Origin: Bacteroidota bacterium
GTDB taxonomy: Bacteria > Bacteroidota > Bacteroidia > AKYH767-A > 2013-40CM-41-45
Assembly: GCA_043742705.1 (NCBI GenBank)
Contig: JAYTXY010000024.1
Coordinates: 1 to 49,137 of the forward strand
Direction of reading: 5' to 3'
Length of the DNA: 49,137 nt
The position numbers were made by a program, and so were the translations under genes. Below, piece after piece: positions 8,176 through 18,270 of this stretch; position 1 is the stretch's first letter; each line of letters begins with the position of its first letter. A model generated the notes under the pieces. It saw nothing but the letters and a program-made list of their open reading frames with translations. It was not told the DNA's origin and ran no database searches.

Positions 8176-8913
8176 CTAGAGGCTCTTTGCTACTTCGTCC
8201 CAGTTCACCAAATTCCACCAGGCCGTTATATAATCTGCTCTTTTATTCTGATAGTTTAGATAATAGGCGTGTTCCCAAACATCTAGCGCTAAAATTGGCT
8301 TGCCCTTGAAATCAGAGACATCCATCAATGGATTATCCTGATTGGGGGTTGAACCAATTTGCAATTTTCCGTTGCTCTTGACAAGCCAGGCCCAACCACT
8401 TCCGAAACGCGTTTTGCCGGCATCACTAAACTGTTTTTTCATTTCGTCAAAACTTCCGAAGGAAGTATTTATCGCTTCGGCAACCTTTCCTGTTGGCGCC
8501 CCACCTCCGTTTGCTTTCATAAGTTTCCAGAAAAAAGAATGGTTCCAGTGTCCTCCTCCATTGTTTCGAATTGCAGTCGGATATTTGGAAACATTTTTCA
8601 TCAGATCGTCCAGCGAAACAGCAATCTTTCCCTCTTCACATGCTTTGTTCAGATTGGTAATATAGGCCTGGTGATGTTTCGTATGATGAATTTCCATCGT
8701 CATCTTATCAATGTGCGGCTCCAGCGCATCGTATGCATAAGGCAAAGCAGGAAGCGTAAACGCTGAACCTGAATCAGAGAAAGAATTTTCCACAATTACA
8801 CTTTCCGCGAACGAAGCATTTGATAAAACAGAATTAGCGGCTAATCCCGCCAAAGTAAGAAGAGCGCCTTTTTTTAAAAAGTCTCGCCTGCCGTTTTGTT
8901 CCTCAGATTCCAT
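8176..8913 (-). CDS. Fe/Mn-family superoxide dismutase with a twin-arginine (Tat) signal peptide
   Basis: SOD motifs [14 protein letters not shown] and DVWEHAYYL are present. The N-terminus [36 protein letters not shown] carries the RRxFLK Tat motif. I start at the ATG at 8913. The track start at 8934 is a TTG. Confidence 0.9.
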   Translation of the reverse strand: MESEEQNGRRDFLKKGALLTLAGLAANSVLSNASFAESVIVENSFSDSGSAFTLPALPYAYDALEPHIDKMTMEIHHTKHHQAYITNLNKACEEGKIAVSLDDLMKNVSKYPTAIRNNGGGHWNHSFFWKLMKANGGGAPTGKVAEAINTSFGSFDEMKKQFSDAGKTRFGSGWAWLVKSNGKLQIGSTPNQDNPLMDVSDFKGKPILALDVWEHAYYLNYQNKRADYITAWWNLVNWDEVAKSL

Positions 8914-8959
8914 GGTTGTATTTTTTAGTATCAATAGTAAAATTAAACAATCCGTTTGA

Positions 8960-9754
8960 TTAACGGAACTGTTTTAAATGCCCCTTTCGAATCAACGTAT
9001 AATTGCACGATTCATTTGAGTCCACAATCACATAACCGTAATCCAATAAAGAGCGAAGAGATTTTTTTATCCGAGATAAAAAACCGGCATCAAGAGGCGA
9101 ATGAGCTTCGTCATACTCAACACAGATCATTTGAATGAGTAGGCGGTCTTCAATCATTGACTCTATTACTTTGTATTCCGCGCCATCAATATCAAGTTTC
9201 AGCAGGTCAATGGAAGAGTGACCGAATCGATTCATTATATTCAAAAGACGATCCACCTTGGCTTCAATGTAGTTTTTTGTTTTCTGAAGATTCAATATTG
9301 AATGAGAGGCGTGTTCGGGATTTTTCGGAACATAAAATTTTAAGACAGCTTCTTTATCCCAAAGCCCCACATCACAAAAAGTTAGACGCGAAAATCCATT
9401 CAGGCTGATGTCGTAAAATAAAGAGGAGTCATTGTTGATCGGAGTCGGGGCACCTCTTGCGGCATTCATTTTAAGAATTTCAAAATGCCGGATGGCCTTC
9501 GGAGTGGGATCAAAAATAAAAACACGACAGCCATATTTTTCTGCAATCCCCGTATCAAATGAAATGTCTTCACCCGCTCCGGCGAGATAACAAACAGAGG
9601 ATTCATTCAACGCGTTTTGCGGAATTGTCCATCCACCATATTCTGTACCAATGGTTTCAAGCCCCCCGATTCGATGGATCTTAAATTTCGTTACCGGATC
9701 AACTCCTAAAAAGGAAAAGAAGAGTCGTTTTATTTTTGAAAATGCATTGATCAT
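8960..9754 (-). CDS. FkbM-family SAM-dependent methyltransferase
   Basis: 264 aa with an ATG start. The motif [18 protein letters not shown] is typical of FkbM-type methyltransferases, and the region around [13 protein letters not shown] is glycine-rich. Confidence 0.7.
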   Translation of the reverse strand: MINAFSKIKRLFFSFLGVDPVTKFKIHRIGGLETIGTEYGGWTIPQNALNESSVCYLAGAGEDISFDTGIAEKYGCRVFIFDPTPKAIRHFEILKMNAARGAPTPINNDSSLFYDISLNGFSRLTFCDVGLWDKEAVLKFYVPKNPEHASHSILNLQKTKNYIEAKVDRLLNIMNRFGHSSIDLLKLDIDGAEYKVIESMIEDRLLIQMICVEYDEAHSPLDAGFLSRIKKSLRSLLDYGYVIVDSNESCNYTLIRKGHLKQFR

Positions 9755-9967
9755 CGAAAGAAATATAGAGACGAAAGTTAAAATTATTTTTCTTCAACAC
9801 AGGAAAAAAATCAGCGCGATCCATGGATCCAACAGTCCGCTTGATTAATTTATTTTCTAATTGCTGTATGGAAAGACCGATTTGATCTCATCTCAACCGA
9901 ACACAAAATTCCGAAATCATTTTTTTTAAACAATCAACGATTAACTTTATAGCCAATATCTTAAACC

Positions 9968-12900
9968 ATGAAATCACGCAACCTGATTTTCCTTTCGTTC
10001 ATTGTTCTGGCAGCTTCCGGAGCATTCATTTCTTTTCAACAGAAGAAGGGTAAGAAACCAACAAGTCAAACAAGTACGGTGACGCTTTCCGGAAGCTATC
10101 AGCAGCAATGGTCAAGGGTTGACTCCCTTACCCAAAAGGGGCTTAGTAAATCAGCGCTTGAACAGGTGATGAACATTTACAAAAAGGCGAAGGCGGAAAA
10201 CAATGCTCCGCAATTGGTGAAGGCGGTTATTCACCGCATGAAGCTTCAAAGTTACACCGAAGAAGATGCCATGAAAAAAATGATTGGTGATCTGAAGAAA
10301 GAAGCATCGTCTGCACGATTTCCTGCGCGACCGCTTTTGCATAGCATGCTTGCCGAAACCTATGTGAGATTTTACGCACAGAACAGATATCGCTTTTTGA
10401 ACAGAACAGAAACTGCGGATTACAAAAATGATGACATTAATACATGGGACTTAAAAAAGATTGTCAAAGAAACAATTCATGAATACGAGTTGTCAATGGT
10501 TGATGAAGACAGTTCGAAGCACGCCCAGGTGAATATTTACGATGACGTAATTCAAAAAGGAAATGCAGATGACGCAAGAAAATTCCGTCCGTCATTGTAT
10601 GATTTTGTTGCGCATCGCGCACTTGATTTTTTTGTGAATGAAGAATCCGGATTGACGGAGCCGGCAAACAAATTCGAAATCAATAACGCTTTTTATATGA
10701 GCAATGCTGATATTTTTCTAAACGTTGTTTTAAAAGCAGACGACTCATTATCATTGAAATTCAGGGCAACAAAATTTTTTCAGAATCTAATTGCTTTTCA
10801 CCGGAGAGATGCTCATCCGGGAGCATTGATTGATGTTAATCTTGAACGATTGAAGTTTGTTCACGACAATATAACTCTTCCAAACAAAGACTCGCTTTAT
10901 TTTGATGCACTGCAGGAAATGGAAAAACAGTATGCCGACTATCCTGGCTCTGTTGATGTGCTCTTTGAAATTGCCTCAATGTATTTCGAGTGGGGAAACC
11001 GTTATGCATTCGGAGAAAAACCGGAAGCAAAAATGCTGATTAAAAAAGCAAAAGAAGTTTGTGAAGCCGGGATTTCAAGATTTCCTTATTCACAAGGAGG
11101 GTTGAATTGCAAATCGCTGAAAAGCCGGATTGAAGAAAAGTCGATGGCATTTACTATTGAGCAGATCAATATTCCCGATCAACCGTTTCGCGCAAAGCTT
11201 GATTATAAAAACATTCGGAGAATTTATTTCCGCATAGCAAAGAACGATCGTGACGAAACAAATGAATACGAGGATTTGTACGGAGAAAAACTTACCAAAC
11301 ATTATGTAAAGCTTCCTGTTATCAAACAATGGAATGTTGACGTGGAAGATGACGGAGATTTTCAACAACATTCAACAGAGATAAAAATTCCGGAACTTCC
11401 TGTTGGGAACTATGTAATTCTTTCCGGATCTGATCCGGATTTCAGCTATGAAAAGAATGCAGTTGCCTACACCACCTGTTGGGTGTCAAACATCAGCTAT
11501 GTAACGCGAAGACGCCAGGATGGCGGATTTGATTTTTATCTGCTTCACCGTGAAACCGGTGAGCCGCTTGCAGATGTAACTGCGCAACTCTATGCACAGG
11601 AATACGATTACATTTTCAGAAAATACAAATACGTTAAGCTGGACGCATTCAAGACAAATGCAGACGGCTTTTTCTCCGTTGCCTCCGTTTCTGATTACAG
11701 GAATTTCGACATTGAATTTACGCGTGGAAAGGATCGCCTGTTTCTGAATGATAACTTTTATCAATACCGTAATAATTCAGATGTCAGGAAAACAAGAACG
11801 CAGACTTTTTTCTTTACAGACAGATCGATTTACCGTCCCGGACAAACAGTTTATTTCAAAGGCATCGTTCTTGAAACTGATGGAGAAAAGAATTCCATCA
11901 AAACCAAACAGGCAACCACTGTCACAATGTTCGATGTAAACGGACAAAAAGTTTCCGACCAGACGCTTACCACAAATGAATACGGAACTTTTGGCGGAAG
12001 CTTCACCGCTCCAATGGGTTTGTTGAATGGCACGATGAGAATCGGAAATGAAAGCGGTTCGATTTATTTTTCCGTGGAAGAATATAAGCGACCAAAATTT
12101 GAAGTCACGTTTGAACCGATCAAAGGTGTTTACCGTCTGAATGATAAAGTAAGTGTCAAAGGAAGGGCCACGGCATACTCCGGGGCAAACATTGACAATG
12201 CGGAGGTGAAATACAGTGTTGTGCGCACGGCAACGTTTCCATTCTGGAATTATTACTGGCGCGGATATCCGCCATCACCGCAAATGGTAATCACACATGG
12301 AACGACCGCGACAAACGATCAGGGAGAATTTTCTATCACCTTCGATGCAATTCCGGATAACGGCATCGATAAAGAAACCAACCCGATTTTTAATTTTAAA
12401 ATTTCTGCAGACGTGACGGATTTGAACGGAGAAACGCAAAGCGGATCACAAAACGTGAGCGTCAGTTACAATGCGCTGATGCTATCGGTGGCAATTCCAT
12501 CGGAGTTGAATAGAGAGTCCGCAACAGATTTTATGATCAATACGAAAAATTTATCGGGAGAATTTGTTTCCACGAAAGGAATGATTGCTATTGCTAAACT
12601 AAAAGAGCCGTCACGTATTTTCAGAAAAAGAAAATGGCAGAGACCGGAAAAGCAGACACTCAGCAAAGAAGAATATGAACGAACATTTCCGTACGATCTT
12701 TATGCAGACGAAGACGACCCCGATAAATGGGAAAATGAAAACACGGTGTATGGCTCCGGTTTCAATACAGAAAAAGATTCGCTGCTTCATCTCGCATCAA
12801 TCAAAGATTGGAAACAAGGAATCTACAAACTGGAAGCAACAACGAAAGATAAATATGGCAGCGATGTAAAGTTTGTAAAATATTTTACGCTCTTTTCTGA

Positions 12901-15900
12901 AAAGGAAAAACAGGCGCCCCTTAAAAGAACAGATTGGTTTTATGTGATAAAAGATAATGCTGAACCGGGAAACTCCGATCAGTTTCTCATAGGAACACGC
13001 GATCAAGATGTAAAAGTGCTTTATGAAGTGGAACAAAAGGGAGAAGTCATCAGCAAACAATGGTTGCTTCTGAATGATGAACAAAAACGGATCGATGTTC
13101 CCATACTTGAATCGTACCGGGGAAACATCGCTGTCCATTTCACATTTGTAAAGCACAACCGTGATTATCATTTCGATCACGTTCTCACCGTTCCATACAC
13201 AAACAAAGCATTGGATATTTCTTTCGAAACATTCCGAAGCAAATTGTATCCCGGACAAAAAGAGGAATGGAAAATAAAAATTCGCGGAAAGGCCGGGGAA
13301 AAAGTTGCGGCAGAAATGCTCGCTACGATGTATGATGCATCGCTTGATGCGTTTAAGCCGCACAATTGGATGTTCAGTATTTACAATAGCTATTATTCCA
13401 CGCTTAACCTTGAAGCATACCGTTCTTTTGGAATAGCAAACTCAAACATATTTTCTCATGAGTGGAATAACTATGCTCCGGAAAAATTCAGAACGTATGA
13501 TCAATTAAACTGGTTCGGATTTTCTGGGGATAACTACTATTACCGAAACAGCAGAACAGAAAGAGAAGATGTTGTTCTTGATATGGCAGCTCCAATGATG
13601 TCGCCAAAGCGCGCGGAAACAACAATTGTTGCCGGGAATACGAAGGGCGCGTTTGCGGAAGGAAAGCAAAGTTTCAAAAAAGATGGCGGAGCGGACAAAG
13701 ATGAAAATAATTTGGAATCTACTGGAGAAACGGGAAAGGAAAAACAAAACCTCTCAGGAATAAAGGGAAGAGCCAACTTTAATGAAACGGCATTTTTCTA
13801 TCCCCAGCTTTCAACAAACGACAGCGGTGAAGTGATTGTCTCATTCACGCTTCCGGAAGCATTGACGCGTTGGAAGATGATGGGATTTGCCCACACCGCT
13901 GATTTAAAATACGGAATGATTGAAAAGGAATTGGTGACTCAGAAAGAGTTGATGGTGATTCCAGATCCCCCACGATTCTTTCGCGAAGGAGATAAAATTT
14001 CATTTACAACAAAAATTTCGAATCTCTCAGACAGTTTATTATCCGGAACGACACAGTTGTTTTTATACGATGCGATTACAATGCAGCCGCTGAATATTTT
14101 TATTCCATCATCGAAAAATATAAAAGGAGAGGCAACATCTGTTTTATCATTCACCGCTTCAAAAGGACAAAGCGCTACTGCAGAATGGAATCTTAGTATT
14201 CCGGAAGGCGTAGGAGCAATTACATATAAGGTCGTAGCGAAAGCGGGGAATTACAGTGATGGTGAAGAGCAAACAATTCCTGTGTTAACTAATCGCATGT
14301 TGGTTACAGAAACAATGCCGCTGCCCGTGAGGGGCAATCAAAGCAAGGCGTTTGAGTTTATCAAACTTAAAAATTCCGGAGCATCAACGACTCTTCGCAA
14401 TCACAAACTCACCCTTGAGTTTACTTCCAACCCTGCATGGTATGCTGTGCAAGCATTGCCTTACATGATGGAGTTTCCATATGAATGTTCCGAGCAGGTG
14501 TTCTCGCGTTATTATGCAAATGCAATTGCATCGCACATCGCGAATTCAAATCCTAAAGTGAAAGCAGTCTTTGACAATTGGAAAAGCAGCAGCCCGGATG
14601 CATTTTTATCCAACCTCGAAAAAAATCAGGAGCTAAAATCACTGATGCTGGAAGAAACACCGTGGGTTCTTGATGCGAAGAATGAATCCGAAAGAAAGAA
14701 ACGAGTCGCACTGTTGTTTGATCTGAATAAAATGTCGAATGAATTGAACGGTGCATTGTTGAAGTTGCAGAAGAAGCAGGTTGCAAATGGCGCGTGGCCA
14801 TGGTTTGACGGTATGCCGGATGACCGTTACATCACGCAATACATCGTTGAGGGCTTCGGTCACCTGGATCATCTCGGAGTAAAAAATGTTCGGGGGAATG
14901 ATAAGGTTTGGGAGATGGTGAAACGCGCGGTGCAATATCTTGATGCAAGAATCAAGGATGATTACAATCACCTTGTTGAAATAAAAGTTGATCTTTCAAA
15001 GAATCAGCTAAGCGCAATTCAAATCCAGTATTTGTATGCAAGAAGTTATTTCAAAGACATTGCGGTTTCATCAGAATCAAAAAAGGCGTTCGACTTTTAC
15101 AAAGACCAAAGCAAAAAATTCTGGTTAAACAATGGTGAATACCTCGAAGGAATGATTGCACTGGAGCTGAATCGTTTTGATGACGGTAACACAATTTCAA
15201 CAGACATTTTGAAATCTTTGAAAGAGAATTCTCAATATAGCGAAGAGTTGGGAATGTATTGGAAGAATAATACAGGCGGATATTATTGGATGCAGGCACC
15301 AATCGAAACACAGGCATTGATGATTGAAGCGTTTGATGAAATTACAAATGATCAGAAGGCCGTTGATGATATGAAAGTGTGGTTGCTTAAGCAAAAGCAA
15401 ACACAGGATTGGAAAACTACCAAAGCCACAGCAGAAGCATGTTATTCGTTGTTGCTAAGAGGAACAAACTGGCTGACAGAACAGGCGCCTGTTGAAATAA
15501 CCATCGGCAACAAAAAAATTAATGCAACAGAAATGCCGGACTTAAAAGTTGAAGCGGGAACAGGATATTTTAAAACATCCTGGAGCGGTGGCGATATAAA
15601 ACCCGAAATGGCAAACGTGAAAGTCGAAAACAAAAACAATGTCGTTGCCTGGGGCGCGCTTTACTGGCAGTATTTCGAACAGCTTGATAAAATAACTCCG
15701 CACCCAACGCCTATTAATCTGAAGAAGGAATTGTTTCTTGAAAAGAACTCTTCAACAGGACCGATCATTACTCCGATAACGACACAAACAAACCTGAAGC
15801 CGGGTGATCGCATCAAAGTTCGAATTGAATTAAGAGTTGACCGTGACATGGAATATGTAATGATGAAAGACATGCGTGCTGCCGGTTGTGAGCCGGAAAA

Positions 15901-16132
15901 TGTGTTGTCACAATTCAAATGGCAGGATGAACTCGGTTACTACGAAAGCACACGCGATGCTTCCACAAATTTCTTCTTTTCATATCTTCCGAAAGGAACA
16001 TATGTGTTCGAATATCCGTTGCGTGTTTCTCACAAAGGTGATTTCTCGAATGGCATTACTGAAATCCAGTGTATGTATGCTCCTGAATTTGCAGCGCACT
16101 CCGAAGGGATAAGGCTTTCGGTTAAGCAATAG
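9968..16132 (+). CDS. Alpha-2-macroglobulin family protein (large bacterial A2M with a thioester motif)
   Basis: 2054 aa with an N-terminal signal or anchor (LIFLSFIVLAASGAFISF). The MG-domain body follows. A charged, low-complexity bait-like segment lies at about nt 13550-13775 (...KRAETTIVAGNTKGAFAEGKQSFKKDGGADKDENNLESTGETGKEKQNL...). It sits directly before NFNETAFFYPQL. The thioester motif is PYECSEQ (CSEQ at nt 14486-14497, Cys 1507). Confidence 0.9.
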   Translation: MKSRNLIFLSFIVLAASGAFISFQQKKGKKPTSQTSTVTLSGSYQQQWSRVDSLTQKGLSKSALEQVMNIYKKAKAENNAPQLVKAVIHRMKLQSYTEEDAMKKMIGDLKKEASSARFPARPLLHSMLAETYVRFYAQNRYRFLNRTETADYKNDDINTWDLKKIVKETIHEYELSMVDEDSSKHAQVNIYDDVIQKGNADDARKFRPSLYDFVAHRALDFFVNEESGLTEPANKFEINNAFYMSNADIFLNVVLKADDSLSLKFRATKFFQNLIAFHRRDAHPGALIDVNLERLKFVHDNITLPNKDSLYFDALQEMEKQYADYPGSVDVLFEIASMYFEWGNRYAFGEKPEAKMLIKKAKEVCEAGISRFPYSQGGLNCKSLKSRIEEKSMAFTIEQINIPDQPFRAKLDYKNIRRIYFRIAKNDRDETNEYEDLYGEKLTKHYVKLPVIKQWNVDVEDDGDFQQHSTEIKIPELPVGNYVILSGSDPDFSYEKNAVAYTTCWVSNISYVTRRRQDGGFDFYLLHRETGEPLADVTAQLYAQEYDYIFRKYKYVKLDAFKTNADGFFSVASVSDYRNFDIEFTRGKDRLFLNDNFYQYRNNSDVRKTRTQTFFFTDRSIYRPGQTVYFKGIVLETDGEKNSIKTKQATTVTMFDVNGQKVSDQTLTTNEYGTFGGSFTAPMGLLNGTMRIGNESGSIYFSVEEYKRPKFEVTFEPIKGVYRLNDKVSVKGRATAYSGANIDNAEVKYSVVRTATFPFWNYYWRGYPPSPQMVITHGTTATNDQGEFSITFDAIPDNGIDKETNPIFNFKISADVTDLNGETQSGSQNVSVSYNALMLSVAIPSELNRESATDFMINTKNLSGEFVSTKGMIAIAKLKEPSRIFRKRKWQRPEKQTLSKEEYERTFPYDLYADEDDPDKWENENTVYGSGFNTEKDSLLHLASIKDWKQGIYKLEATTKDKYGSDVKFVKYFTLFSEKEKQAPLKRTDWFYVIKDNAEPGNSDQFLIGTRDQDVKVLYEVEQKGEVISKQWLLLNDEQKRIDVPILESYRGNIAVHFTFVKHNRDYHFDHVLTVPYTNKALDISFETFRSKLYPGQKEEWKIKIRGKAGEKVAAEMLATMYDASLDAFKPHNWMFSIYNSYYSTLNLEAYRSFGIANSNIFSHEWNNYAPEKFRTYDQLNWFGFSGDNYYYRNSRTEREDVVLDMAAPMMSPKRAETTIVAGNTKGAFAEGKQSFKKDGGADKDENNLESTGETGKEKQNLSGIKGRANFNETAFFYPQLSTNDSGEVIVSFTLPEALTRWKMMGFAHTADLKYGMIEKELVTQKELMVIPDPPRFFREGDKISFTTKISNLSDSLLSGTTQLFLYDAITMQPLNIFIPSSKNIKGEATSVLSFTASKGQSATAEWNLSIPEGVGAITYKVVAKAGNYSDGEEQTIPVLTNRMLVTETMPLPVRGNQSKAFEFIKLKNSGASTTLRNHKLTLEFTSNPAWYAVQALPYMMEFPYECSEQVFSRYYANAIASHIANSNPKVKAVFDNWKSSSPDAFLSNLEKNQELKSLMLEETPWVLDAKNESERKKRVALLFDLNKMSNELNGALLKLQKKQVANGAWPWFDGMPDDRYITQYIVEGFGHLDHLGVKNVRGNDKVWEMVKRAVQYLDARIKDDYNHLVEIKVDLSKNQLSAIQIQYLYARSYFKDIAVSSESKKAFDFYKDQSKKFWLNNGEYLEGMIALELNRFDDGNTISTDILKSLKENSQYSEELGMYWKNNTGGYYWMQAPIETQALMIEAFDEITNDQKAVDDMKVWLLKQKQTQDWKTTKATAEACYSLLLRGTNWLTEQAPVEITIGNKKINATEMPDLKVEAGTGYFKTSWSGGDIKPEMANVKVENKNNVVAWGALYWQYFEQLDKITPHPTPINLKKELFLEKNSSTGPIITPITTQTNLKPGDRIKVRIELRVDRDMEYVMMKDMRAAGCEPENVLSQFKWQDELGYYESTRDASTNFFFSYLPKGTYVFEYPLRVSHKGDFSNGITEIQCMYAPEFAAHSEGIRLSVKQ

Positions 16133-16240
16133 GATTTTGCAGCCGATCGTGAAAAAATGCATAGCACATCCGTTAAACCACAGGCGCAAAGTAACAGTCA
16201 AAACGCAACTATAAATTTCCCAACTCAAACAATTAAAAAG

Positions 16241-16558
16241 ATGAAAACAAAATTCATGATTATTTTTCCGGCAACATTGTTATTCGCATTTGCCGTGAAT
16301 GCACAAACCGCCACTCCTGAAGTTACGAAACGCCAGGTAAACCAGGAAGCAAGAATCAAAGAAGGTAAAAAGAGCGGAGAACTCACGAACAAAGAGGCTG
16401 CGGGTCTTCAACTGCGAGAAGCCAAAATTCAGCATGACAAAAAAGTTGCAAAGAGTGATGGTGTTGTAACCCCTGCCGAAAAAGCAAAGCTAAACAGGGA
16501 AGAAAACCGCGCCAGCCGTGCAATTCACCGCAAGAGAAATAATGAGGTGAAGAAATAA
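16241..16558 (+). CDS. Small secreted lysine/glutamate-rich protein with a two-fold internal repeat (hypothetical)
   Basis: I start at the internal ATG, which gives the signal peptide MKTKFMIIFPATLLFAFAVNAQ. The mature part has two related half-repeats (..SGELTNKEAAGLQLREAKI.. and ..DGVVTPAEKAKLNREENRASRAI..). The track's longer start at 16157 adds a non-hydrophobic extension. Confidence 0.55.
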   Translation: MKTKFMIIFPATLLFAFAVNAQTATPEVTKRQVNQEARIKEGKKSGELTNKEAAGLQLREAKIQHDKKVAKSDGVVTPAEKAKLNREENRASRAIHRKRNNEVKK

Positions 16559-16594
16559 CCACCACTTGTTATCTTCCAAACAGGGATTTTATTA

Positions 16595-16626
16595 AACCAT
16601 TTCGTTTAAGCGGGATGGTTTTTTTG
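16595..16626 (+). terminator. Intrinsic terminator after the small secreted-protein gene
   Basis: A stem of about 10 bp, including two G-U pairs, pairs AACCATTTCG with CGGGATGGTT. A TTTTTTT run follows. Confidence 0.5.
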
Positions 16627-16674
16627 TTTGTTTCATTTTAGTAATTACATTGCGTTGCAACAAAAACAAATGGT

Positions 16675-18138
16675 ATGGCAAAATCAATGAGGTCAACAAA
16701 ATCCATGGTTACACTCATGGATGAATCAAGCGACTCGAGCACAGGTCTTAAGCGAACACTGGGTGCCGGAAATCTTGTGGCACTTGGAATCGGAGCCATT
16801 ATTGGTGCGGGATTATTTGTACGTACAGCAGCAGCGGCAGCAAATAATGCAGGACCATCTGTAACACTTGGTTTTATCATAGCGGGAATTGGTTGTGCAC
16901 TTGCCGGTCTTTGTTATGCAGAATTTGCCTCCATGATTCCGATTGCGGGAAGCGCATACACGTATTCGTATGCTACCATGGGACAACTTGTTGCCTGGGT
17001 AATCGGATGGGATCTTGTGCTGGAATATGCTTTGGGTGCGGCAACGGTAAGTATTGCGTGGAGTGAATACCTGAATAAGTTGTGTAAAATATTTTTTGAT
17101 TTTGAGATTCCATATAAGTGGTGCCACTCCCCTTTCGAAGCCTCAGTAGGCGGCATTCATGGAATCATGAATCTTCCGGCACTGTTCATTCTTTTTTTGT
17201 TGACGGTGCTGTTAATCAAAGGAACGAAAGAATCGGCATTTGTAAATGGGCTCATAGTAATCACCAAGGTGACCATCGTAATTTTGTTTATCTGCTTCGG
17301 ATGGTCATTCATGAATTCGGCAAACCATCATCCGTTCATTCCTGTAGCGCAAACTTATGTGGACAGTCAGAATGTTCCGCATAATTTCGGAGGCATCCTG
17401 GGAATACTTGGTGCTGCTGGAGTCGTGTTCTTTGCTTTTATAGGCTTTGATGCAGTATCCACTGCAGCACAGGAAGCAAAGAATCCTAAAAAAGATATGC
17501 CAATGGGCATTCTCGGCTCGCTTGCAATTTGCACAGCGCTCTACATTTTATTTGCATACGTTCTCACTGGAATCGGAAGCACGGAAGATTTTCGTCACGC
17601 AGGAAAAGAAGCATCTGTTGCGTTTGTAATTCAAACGTATATGACGGGTTATGGCTGGCTCGCAAAACTTGTAACAGTAGCCATCCTCGCCGGATTCTCT
17701 TCTGTAATTCTTGTAATGTTAATGGGACAGTCGCGCGTATTTTATTCGATGAGCAATGACGGATTGGTACCCAAGATTTTTTCAGACCTCCACCCGAAAT
17801 TCAGAACACCTTACAAATCGAATTGGCTGTTTCTGATTTTTGTAGGACTGTTTGCCGCATTTGTTCCGGGAGATATTGTTGGAGACATGACCAGTATCGG
17901 AACCTTGTTTGCCTTCATACTTGTTTGTGCAGGGGTTTGGATATTACGGGTGAAGCAACCCGGACTACAACGACAATTCAAAACGCCACTTGTTCCGCTT
18001 GTTCCTATACTGGGAATTGTTGTTTGCGGAGCGATGATTTTCGGATTGGGTTGGACAAACTGGCTGCGACTTGCCATCTGGATGGTCATAGGCTTTGTTA
18101 TCTATTTTAGCTACAGCCGTCATCGTGCAAAACATTAA
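16675..18138 (+). CDS. APC-superfamily amino acid permease (cationic amino acid transporter-like)
   Basis: 487 aa, polytopic, with about 12 or more hydrophobic helices. The N-terminal motif is LGAGNLVALGIGAIIGAGLFV. The mid-protein FAFIGFDAVSTAAQEAKNPKKDMP is typical of this family. Confidence 0.85.
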   Translation: MAKSMRSTKSMVTLMDESSDSSTGLKRTLGAGNLVALGIGAIIGAGLFVRTAAAAANNAGPSVTLGFIIAGIGCALAGLCYAEFASMIPIAGSAYTYSYATMGQLVAWVIGWDLVLEYALGAATVSIAWSEYLNKLCKIFFDFEIPYKWCHSPFEASVGGIHGIMNLPALFILFLLTVLLIKGTKESAFVNGLIVITKVTIVILFICFGWSFMNSANHHPFIPVAQTYVDSQNVPHNFGGILGILGAAGVVFFAFIGFDAVSTAAQEAKNPKKDMPMGILGSLAICTALYILFAYVLTGIGSTEDFRHAGKEASVAFVIQTYMTGYGWLAKLVTVAILAGFSSVILVMLMGQSRVFYSMSNDGLVPKIFSDLHPKFRTPYKSNWLFLIFVGLFAAFVPGDIVGDMTSIGTLFAFILVCAGVWILRVKQPGLQRQFKTPLVPLVPILGIVVCGAMIFGLGWTNWLRLAIWMVIGFVIYFSYSRHRAKH

Positions 18139-18162
18139 TAGCTTCTTGTTTCACAAAAATTT

Positions 18163-18194
18163 CTGCCCGCCAACAACGGGCTGATTTTTCTTTT
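18163..18194 (+). terminator. Intrinsic terminator after the permease gene
   Basis: GCCCG-CCAACAA-CGGGC followed by TGATTTTTCTTTT. Confidence 0.55.
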
Positions 18195-18270
18195 GCTGAT
18201 TTAAGAACGAAGCCGAACATTTTTTCAGCGTAAGAGTAAAACCAACGTATTTGTTTAACAAACAACATTC

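Noticed and set aside
12797-13363. A 188-aa minus-strand ORF inside the A2M gene. Similar antisense ORFs occur at 22066-22518 in the ABC ATPase gene and at 45475-46146 in rseP.
   Set aside because: They are antisense to genes with strong family signatures. Their composition is biased and they carry no motifs, so they are treated as spurious.
8052-16132. A tRNA-Asn-adjacent genomic island containing SOD, the FkbM methyltransferase and the giant A2M gene.
   Set aside because: There is no integrase. I saw no direct repeat of the tRNA 3' end downstream and no obvious compositional break by eye. The genes are typical core envelope functions.
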